Assembly (NCBI GenBank): GCA_963726875.1
Contig: CAVSDU010000012.1
Location: 20,323 to 84,322, forward strand
Source: an uncultured Actinomycetota bacterium
GTDB taxonomy: Bacteria > Actinomycetota > Actinomycetes > Mycobacteriales > Mycobacteriaceae
Length of the DNA stretch: 64,000 nt
Reading direction: 5' to 3'
This document shows positions 13,372-20,968 of this stretch, in pieces. Both the position numbers and the translations under genes were made by a program. The first letter of the stretch is position 1. Each line of letters opens with the position of its first letter. The notes under the pieces are model-generated. The model had not been told where the DNA came from. It saw nothing but the letters and a program-made list of their open reading frames with translations, and made no database searches.

Positions 13372-13449
13372 ATGGCTCACGAGATCCTGTTCTGCGAGAC
13401 CGAAAACGCCTACTCCGCTCCGGCGTTCCACGCCACCGACGCTGAGTGA
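13372..13449 (+). CDS. 25-aa peptide, candidate RiPP precursor: MAHEILFCETENAYSAPAFHATDAE
   Basis: GAGAGGA RBS (13358-13364) sits 7 nt before the ATG. 20 of 24 non-start codons end in G/C. A terminator follows immediately, then ycaO-tfuA. Confidence 0.75.
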   Translation: MAHEILFCETENAYSAPAFHATDAE

Positions 13450-13457
13450 CCTGACTC

Positions 13458-13515
13458 CCAGCGGGGTCTCATCGCCTCCCCCCTCCCCTCGCGATGAGAT
13501 CCCGCTGGATTTTTT
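13458..13515 (+). terminator. intrinsic terminator hairpin
   Basis: Arms CCAGCGGGGTCTCATCGC (13458-13475) and GCGATGAGATCCCGCTGG (13491-13508) form 18 bp with one G-U pair. The loop is 15 nt of pyrimidines, and TTTTTT follows. Confidence 0.85.
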
Positions 13516-13574
13516 CTTGTCCAAACCCCGCCGAATGTCCTCCGTTGCTGCCCTTACTCAGTAGCGTGAAGCCC

Positions 13575-14826
13575 ATGTCAGAACTGCCGGGCCTCGGCAC
13601 TGCGCAACTCACCGGCCCCGATTGGTCATATTGGCCCGCACGCGTATTGGGTCATGCCGATCCGCTCAAGATCGGTCACCACGCCGGTACCCATCGCACC
13701 ATCTCCCCGGACCAGACGTGGTCGGCCATCCAGCCGCTGCTGGCGATGGCCGGCATCACCCGCGTCGCCGATCTCACCTGGCTCGACGATCTGGGAATTC
13801 CGACCGTGCAGGCGGTGCGCCCCGCGTCGCTGACGCTGTCAGTGAGCCAGGGCAAGGCCACCACCTACCGCGCCGCTCAGGTGTCCGCAGCCATGGAATC
13901 CCTGGAGAACTGGCACGTCGAGAACATCACCCCCGACTTATCAGCAACGCCCACAACGGAACTCAGAGACACGCTGACATACGACCCGGCCGACCTCAAC
14001 CGGCCGGCAGGTAGCTTCTATCACCCCGGCGCCAAGCTTGACTGGATGGCAGCGACGACATTGCTGAGCGGCCGCCGGACCTGGGTGCCGTGGCTGGCCA
14101 CCGTGGTGAACATCTCGGTCAACGACGCCTGGGGCCCACCGATTTTCGGCATGGACACCACCGGATTGGCCTCGGGCAACAGCTACCACGAAGCCACCCT
14201 GCACGGCCTCTACGAAATCATGGAACGCCACGGCATGGCCGCCGCGCAGCCGGGCTCCACACTGTTCGAGGTGCCGATCGAAGACGTCGTGCGCTCCGAC
14301 TGCGCGGAACTGGTCGAGATGATCCACCGCGCGGGAAGCGAACTGCAGGTCGCCCGCATGGACACCTGGGATGGCTTCTACTGCTTCGCGGCCGAGATCA
14401 CCTCACCCATGATGCAGATCCCGTTCAGCGGCAGCGGGCTGCACCACGATCCCAATGTCGCTCTGTCACGGGCTATCACCGAAGCCGCACAATCACGTCT
14501 GACCGCGATCAGTGGGGCGCGGGAAGATCTGCCCTCGGCGATCTACCAGAGATTCGCCCGCATGCACACCTTCGCCCCCGCTCGTAAAGTCCATGCAGCC
14601 CATGCCCGAAGCCGACCCGACGCCTTGGCATATCACTAGCACCGACTCACTGGGCGAACTGCTCGCCTCGGCGGCAACCGCCGTAGCGACGGTGGCCGGC
14701 GCCGAGCCGCTTGCGGTGGTGTGCGACTTCGCCGACGCCTGCGTACCCGTCGTCAAAGTCATCGCGCCGGGCATGTCCGCGACGGTCCAATCACCGTTGC
14801 GGACCCCGCTGCAGGAGCATTCATGA
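13575..14826 (+). CDS. ycaO: YcaO family ATP-dependent backbone-modifying enzyme, TfuA-associated (apparent frameshift near 14578)
   Basis: Motifs GTHRTISP, GITRVADLTWLDDLGIP, SVSQGKA, AAMESLE, TTGLASGN, HGLYEIMERH and RAITEAAQSRLTAISGARED. The C-terminus PVVKVIAPG is in the adjacent frame (ORF 14512-14826). Confidence 0.93.
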
Positions 14827-16262
14827 CGGCGGCTCGCATTGTCGTCACCGCAGGACCCACGATCGGCACCGCAGACATCCACGCGGTGATACCCATGCCG
14901 AAGTGGTACCGCCGATTTCGTTCGGCGATGCGCTGCGGTACGGGTTGTGCCCGGGCGACACGCTGCTCATCGTCGACGGCCTGTTCTTTCAAAGCGCGTC
15001 GGTGCGGCACAAGGAACTCCTGACGCTGATGGACGACGGAGTGCGCGTGGTCGGTTCATCGAGCATGGGCGCATTGCGCGCCGCCGAGTTGCATCCGTTC
15101 GGCATGGAGGGCTACGGCTGGGTGTTCGAGGGATACCGCGACGGGGTCATCGACGCCGACGACGAAGTGGGCATGGTGCACGGCGACCCCGAAGATGGCT
15201 ACCCGGTATTCGTGGACGCGCTGGTGAACATCCGCCACACGGTCGCGCAGGCAGTGAAATCAGGCGTACTGCCCGCGGCAACGGCCGAACAACTCATCGA
15301 GACGGCCCGTAGCACACCGTTCACCCAGCGCACCTGGAACCGCCTGCTGGAGTCCGTCGGCGTACCCGAAAGCCCGGCGTCTGGCAAAGCAATTGAAGGC
15401 CATGCGGATCGACATCAAGCACGCCGACGCGGTGCTGGCGCTGCGGGAGGTGATCCGCGGCCCGAGAGATGTCGCGGTGCGTCCGGGGCCTCCGCCCACC
15501 GTGTGGTCGGAGCGTTGGCGGCAACGGTGGGCGCCGCCGACACCTGTGGCCGTGACGCCCGACGGCGACCACGTCGTCGACATCCTTGACGTCGAGGTGC
15601 TTTCGCTGCTGAGCGTGTGCGCCACCGACCGCTGGGCCTACCGTCCGGCCTTGGAGCAAGTGGCCGCCTGGTATTGGACTCTGACCCATCCCGGCGACGA
15701 GGGCAGCGTTCGGGACCGCGCCTCGCGGGCTGTCGCCGACGTCGGCATCGACGACTACGAACGCGCGCTGGAAACCATTGCCCACCGCTACGCGGTAGCG
15801 TCGGGAATCATCGATGCGTCAGGTTTTCCCGAAAACGTTCGGGCACACTGGCTTACCGCCGAAGAGAGCCAGACGTTCGGCAACGACCCGATCCCGGTCT
15901 CGGCGCGATTGACCACCCGCACCCTGTTCTTCAACCGGTCACTGCCGGCAATCCAGCACTTCCTCGAACTGCTGCGTGCGGACCCACGACTGGCTGACTG
16001 GCGCAGCATGGTCGCGCAGGCGTTGGCCCGTCGCGACGAATTGGCACGCCAGAAACCGAATCTGAACCTGCACCGGCCCGACCCCGTCCAGCTCAAACGC
16101 CTGTTCAGCATGCGATGGGGCACGGAGGTGAACCACATCGAACTCGCGCAACGGGGCCTGATGACCAACGACGCGTTCTACAACGCGGCCAGCCTGTTTG
16201 CGGTGTCGGCCGCCGACGACCAGTTGCCATCGATCCACGTCGGCACGCTGGGTGGCGCCTGA
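14823..16262 (+). CDS. tfuA: TfuA-like protein with long C-terminal extension (apparent frameshifts near 14893 and 15385)
   Basis: ATGA overlap with the ycaO stop. Motifs IVVTAGPT, PPISFGD, LIVDGLF, VRHKEL, GSSSMGALRAAELHPFGMEGYG, DADDEV, ALVNIR and DIKHADA. Confidence 0.92.
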
Positions 16263-16270
16263 CCCGGAAG

Positions 16271-17552
16271 CTAGACCCTTTCCACACCCGCGACATTCCG
16301 CTTGCCGCGGCGCAGCACCAGCCACCGCCCATGCAGGAAATCCGTTGGCTGCGGCGACCATTCGTCGCTGGCCACGCGAATGTTGTTGACCGACACGCCA
16401 CCTTCACCGATGGTGCGCCGTGCGGCTTTCCTGCTTTCCGACAGGCCACTGGCCACCAGCAGGTCGACTATCCCGTCCGGCTCTCCGGGTTTCAGCTCGG
16501 CCACCGACGGTCTCCCGCAACGCCGACGACAAGGTCGCCTCGTCCAGCCGGTCCAGCTCCCCCTGGCCGAACAGCGCCCGACTGGCGTGCTGGACGGCTT
16601 CGGTGGCCGCCTCGCCGTGCACCAGGACGGTGAGTTCAGTGGCGAGCCGGCGTTGAGCGGCACGTTGTTGCGGCCGCTCTGCGGTCGCCTGTTCCAGCTC
16701 GGCGAGTTCGTCGGCTGACAGGAAGGTGAACCAGCGCAGATAGCGGATCACGTCCGCGTCGGCGGTGTTGACGAAGTACTGGTACCAGGCATACGGACTG
16801 GTCATCTGCGGGTCCAGCCACAGGCTCCCACCGCCGGTCGACTTACCGAATTTCTTGCCGTCGGCAGAAGTCACCAGCGGCACAGTGAGCGCATGCACTG
16901 CGGCACCGAGCTTTTGGCGCACCAGCCGGACCCCGGCGATGATGTTGCCCCACTGATCCGACCCGCCGATCTGCAGCGCGCAGCCGTGCCGGCGGCGCAA
17001 TTCGACGTAGTCGTTGGCCTGCAACAGCATGTAGCTGAACTCGGTGTAGGAGATGCCCTCCCCCTCCAGCCGGCGCCGCACGGTGTCGCGATCCAGCATC
17101 ACATTGACCGAGAAGTGCTTTCCGATGTCACGCAGGAATTCGATGGCCGACAACGCACCGGTCCACTCCAGGTTGTTCTCGACGATCGCTCCCGTCGGTG
17201 AATCGTCGAAGTCGACGAAGCGCTCCAGCTGCCCCCGGATCCGCTCGGCCCATTCGGCGACCGTGTCGGCCTCCTGCAGACCGCGCTCACCGACCTCGCG
17301 GGGATCGCCGATCATGCCGGTCGCCCCGCCGGCCAGCACGATCGGTCGGTGCCCGGCGCGCTGGAAGCGACGCAAAGCCAGCAGCGGCACCAGGTGTCCG
17401 GCGTGCAGGCTTGCGGCTGTGGGGTCGAATCCGGCGTACACCGTCATCGGTCCGCGCTGCGCCTCGGCCGCCAGCGCGTCGAGATCGGTGGACTGCGCGA
17501 TCAGTCCACGCCAGCCCAACTCGTCGAGAATCCCGGACGACTCGTTACCCAT
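16271..17552 (-). CDS. tyrS: tyrosine--tRNA ligase (apparent frameshift near 16509)
   Basis: [31 protein letters not shown], and a C-terminal S4 domain ...[12 protein letters not shown] in another frame. Confidence 0.96.
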
Positions 17553-17574
17553 GGCTGCGATCCTTCCAGGGTGC

Positions 17575-18003
17575 TGGCGGACCCGCTTTCCCGACCTGGC
17601 CCGGCGCCTGCACAACCCCGTCCGGATCGCCGCGGCGGTGTTGTTGGTGGTCGCCCTGGCCGCGGGAATCGCCGGGGGCCGGACGACGCTGATGAAGAAC
17701 TTCGGTGTGCTCAGCGCGGCCGTCGTGTCCTTCTGCGCCATCAGTCTGACGGTGGGTTACCTCGCTCCACGGTGGATGCGGCTGGCGCCACCGCAGGCCA
17801 TCGCCGTGAGCCTGGAGATCGGCCTGCACAACGCCGTGGTGGCGATCGGCATCGCCCTGAGTCCGCAATTGCTCAACAACACCGAGATGGCTACCCCGGC
17901 GGCGGTGTACGGCGTTCTCGCGCCGTTGGTGGCCCTGACATTCCTGTTCGTCGTGCGCCGGCTGGATCCGGCATATCGAGGGGCGTCCCAGCGGGGAAGC
18001 TAG
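17575..18003 (+). pseudogene. 3' half of a bile acid:sodium symporter (BASS/SBF) gene
   Basis: Hydrophobic frame containing AIAVSLEIGLHNAVVAIGIA...MATPAAVYG. There is no room for the N-terminal half before the divergent tyrS start. Confidence 0.7.
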
Positions 18004-18612
18004 TCGCTGGCACCGGGGACCGGCGCTCGCGGACTTCGCCGGTAGGCCGACACCTCCGGCCGGCCGGCCAGCCACAGTCGCCACGGCCGGTCCGCGGCCT
18101 GGCTCACCCCTACCCGCGGCCCCGCAGTCGCCGTCAACGGCGCGCCAAGCCGCAGCGTCACTGGAGAGTCCGGGTCGAATACATCAATCCCGTTGTCTTC
18201 CATGGCGATTCCCAAAGCGGAGCAGAGATTTCCCGGGCCGCGGGCCAGCGCGCTGCCACGGACCGCCGCGCCGCGTCGCGCCCGGGCGACGTCAACGCCG
18301 TCCTCGATCGCGCACGCCCGCAACAGAACCGCGGCGGCCGTGCCGTCGGGTCCACACGCGACGTTGGCGCAGACGTGGATCCCGTGGCTGCGGTAGGTGT
18401 AGAGCCGCCCGGGCGGGCCGAACATGACCGCGTTGCGTTCTCGCCGGCCCCGGTAGGAGTGCGCGGCGGCGTCCGGCCAGGGCCCGTCGGGGACTCCGCC
18501 GTAGGCCTCGACCTCGACAATCAGCGCCGTGACACCCCGAGCAGCTCAGGGTCGCGCCGAGTAGCCGGTGGGCGGCCGCCACCGGATCCACCAGCAGTTC
18601 GGTAGCGCTCAC
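18000..18612 (-). CDS. mpg: 3-methyladenine DNA glycosylase (apparent frameshift near 18537)
   Basis: VEVEAYGG...[38 protein letters not shown] and GPRVGVS. Confidence 0.9.
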
Positions 18613-18661
18613 CGCACCGATTGTGCCCGGCTCTTGACAACCATCGGCAACAGGGCGGATA

Positions 18662-18693
18662 TTCATCATATGATGACTTCATCGTATGATGAA
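18662..18693. promoter_or_regulatory. two tandem 16-bp imperfect palindromes overlapping the ABC gene start, likely a TetR operator
   Basis: TTCATCATATGATGAC followed by TTCATCGTATGATGAA. A TetR gene ends the same operon. Confidence 0.6.
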
Positions 18694-19422
18694 TTAAATG
18701 CCCCGGCCGTCAGTATCGAGCACCTGCGGGTCAATCGCGGCAAACGAACTGCGCTGCATGACTTCTCCGTGCAGATCGGGCGGGGCAGCATCACCGGCCT
18801 GCTCGGCCCGTCCGGATGCGGCAAGACCACGCTGATGCGCAGCATCGTCGGAACGCAGATCCAGACCGCGGGGACCGTCACAGTGCTCGGCGAGCCCGCG
18901 GGGTCGGCCGCGCTGCGCCGGCGGGTCGGCTACGTGCCGCAGGACCCGACCATCTACAACGACCTGCGGGTCGTCGACAACGTCCGGTATTTCGCCTCGT
19001 TGTACGGCTATGACCGGCCGGCCGCCGACTACGCCATCGAACGCGTGGGCCTGACCGATCACCGCACGGAATATTGCCGCAACCTGTCCGGCGGCCAGCG
19101 CACCCGGGTGTCGCTGGCCTGCGCGCTGGTCTGCGGCCCCGATCTGCTGGTCCTCGACGAACCTACCGTGGGACTGGATCCCGTTCTACGCGTTGACCTT
19201 TGGTCGCAGTTCAGCGAGCTGGCGCAGGGCGGCACCACGCTGCTGGTGTCCAGCCACGTGATGGACGAAGCCGACCATTGCGGTGATCTGTTACTGATGC
19301 GCGAAGGCCGTCTGGTCGCTCACACCACCCCCAACCAGCTACGAGAGGACACGTCATGCACGTCACTGGAGGAAGCGTTTCTGTCCATCATCCGGCGCAA
19401 CACAGAGCGCCGAGCCGGTTAG
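18670..19422 (+). CDS. ABC transporter ATP-binding protein (Rv1687c-like)
   Basis: GPSGCGKTT, LSGGQ and LLVLDEPT. Confidence 0.92.
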   Translation: MMTSSYDELNAPAVSIEHLRVNRGKRTALHDFSVQIGRGSITGLLGPSGCGKTTLMRSIVGTQIQTAGTVTVLGEPAGSAALRRRVGYVPQDPTIYNDLRVVDNVRYFASLYGYDRPAADYAIERVGLTDHRTEYCRNLSGGQRTRVSLACALVCGPDLLVLDEPTVGLDPVLRVDLWSQFSELAQGGTTLLVSSHVMDEADHCGDLLLMREGRLVAHTTPNQLREDTSCTSLEEAFLSIIRRNTERRAG

Positions 19423-20174
19423 GTATCAAGGGCTACACCGCCACCACCACGCGCATTCTGCGCCAGTTGGCCGCCGACCACCGCAGCGTGGCCATGATCC
19501 TGGTGGTGCCCGTCGTGGTTATCACGTTGATGTACTTCATGTTTCAAAACGCCCCACACCGTCCGGGCATGCCGACGCCGTTCAACAACACCTGCCTGAT
19601 CCTGCTGGGTCTGTTTCCGCTGTTCGTCATGTTCATCATCACCTCGATCACCATGCAGCGCGAACGCGCTTCTGGGACATTGGAACGCATTCTCACCACG
19701 CCACTGCGCCGGCTCGATCTGCTGATGGCGTACGGGAGCGCCTTCTCGATTGCCGCCGCGGCACAAGCCGTGGTGGCGTGTGTCGTGTCGTTCTGGTTGC
19801 TGGGCTTCCACACGGCAGGAAGTCCGGTATGGGTGTTCGTGATCGCCATCGGCAACGCGATTCTGGGCGTCGGCCTGGGGTTGTTGTTCAGCGCCTTCGC
19901 GCGCACCGAGTTTCAGGCCGTGCAGTTCATTCCGCTGGTGATGGTGCCGCAGTTGCTGCTGGCCGGGGTGATCGTGCCGCGGACCGCGATGCCCGACTGG
20001 CTGCGCTGGATCAGCAACACCATGCCGGCCAGCTATGCCCTCGAGGCACTGCAGCAGGTCGGTGCGCACACCGGATTGACCGCGACTACGGTGCGTGACA
20101 TGGTCGTCGTCCTGTGCTTCGCCCTCGCGTCCCTGTGCCTGGCCGCTGCGACGCTGCGGCGGAGAACCCCCTAG
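19356..20174 (+). CDS. ABC-2 type permease (Rv1686c-like); start uncertain (19356-19494)
   Basis: ERASGTLERILTTP, about six TM segments, and ARTEFQAVQFIP. Confidence 0.88.
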   Translation: MHVTGGSVSVHHPAQHRAPSRLGIKGYTATTTRILRQLAADHRSVAMILVVPVVVITLMYFMFQNAPHRPGMPTPFNNTCLILLGLFPLFVMFIITSITMQRERASGTLERILTTPLRRLDLLMAYGSAFSIAAAAQAVVACVVSFWLLGFHTAGSPVWVFVIAIGNAILGVGLGLLFSAFARTEFQAVQFIPLVMVPQLLLAGVIVPRTAMPDWLRWISNTMPASYALEALQQVGAHTGLTATTVRDMVVVLCFALASLCLAAATLRRRTP

Positions 20175-20175
20175 C

Positions 20176-20784
20176 GTGGCCGCTCGACGTCCCGGGCGGC
20201 CCGCCGGAAATTCCGACACCCGCGATCGAATCCTGGCGAGTGCGCGAGAACTGTTTGCAGTCAACGGTATTGACCGGACATCGATCCGGGCCGTGGCCAA
20301 GGGAGCCGGCGTCGACGCCGCCCTGGTGCACCACTACTTCGGGACCAAAGAGCAGCTGTTCGCCGCGGCGATTCATATTCCGATCGACCCGATGCAGGTG
20401 ATCGGGCCGCTGCTGGAAGCACCGGTCGAGGAACTCGGGTTGATGCTGCCGTCGCTGTTGCTGCCGCTGTGGGACTCCGAATTGGGCGCGGGGTTGATCG
20501 CCACGCTGCGCTCGCTGATCTCGGGCGACGACGTGGGCCTGGCACGCTCGTTTCTGCAGGAGATCGTCGGCGGCGCGGTGGGTGCGCGCGTCGATGATCC
20601 GCCGGGAACGGGCAAGCTGCGCACCCAGTTCGTCGCCTCGCAACTGATGGGCGTGGTGATGGCGCGCTACATCATCAAGGTCGAGCCGTTCGCGTCACTG
20701 CCTACCGAGCAGATCGCGGCGACCATCGCGCCGAACCTGCAGCGCTACCTCACCGGGGATCTGCCGGACGGCCTTACGCCGTGA
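20176..20784 (+). CDS. TetR family regulator (Rv1685c-like)
   Basis: HTH segment TSIRAVAKGAGVDAALVHHYFGTKEQLF. Confidence 0.92.
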   Translation: MAARRPGRPAGNSDTRDRILASARELFAVNGIDRTSIRAVAKGAGVDAALVHHYFGTKEQLFAAAIHIPIDPMQVIGPLLEAPVEELGLMLPSLLLPLWDSELGAGLIATLRSLISGDDVGLARSFLQEIVGGAVGARVDDPPGTGKLRTQFVASQLMGVVMARYIIKVEPFASLPTEQIAATIAPNLQRYLTGDLPDGLTP

Positions 20785-20968
20785 GCCGGGCGTGTTCCTC
20801 GTCGTCGACGTCGCGGGCCTCGTCGACCAGCAGGACGGGGATGCCGTCCTCGATACGGTAGGCGCGGCGCAGCCTCGGGTTGTACAGTTCCCGTCCGTCG
20901 GACACCAGCAGCAGCGGGCCGCGGTCGGCCGGGCACACCAGGATGTTCAGCAGGGTGTCATCAAGCAT
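20774..20968 (-). CDS. Trm112 family protein (Rv1684-like)
   Basis: LLNILVCPADRGPL...YRIEDGIPVLLVDEA. Confidence 0.88.
   Translation of the reverse strand: MLDDTLLNILVCPADRGPLLLVSDGRELYNPRLRRAYRIEDGIPVLLVDEARDVDDEEHARLTA

Noticed and set aside
13249-13524. 91-aa minus-strand ORF as the RiPP precursor
   Set aside because: It is antisense to ycaO, runs through the terminator hairpin and has no clear RBS. The plus-strand 25-aa ORF is better supported.
11840-13564. 574-aa plus-strand ORF and similar long antisense ORFs (1429-2784, 17349-18605, 47139-48746, 51070-53301)
   Set aside because: These are shadow ORFs typical of high-GC DNA opposite real genes, with no recognisable motifs.
13140-16270. 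ycaO-tfuA unit as a recent mobile insertion
   Set aside because: No transposase, integrase, terminal repeats or obvious compositional shift were seen, so gain versus loss cannot be decided from this window.
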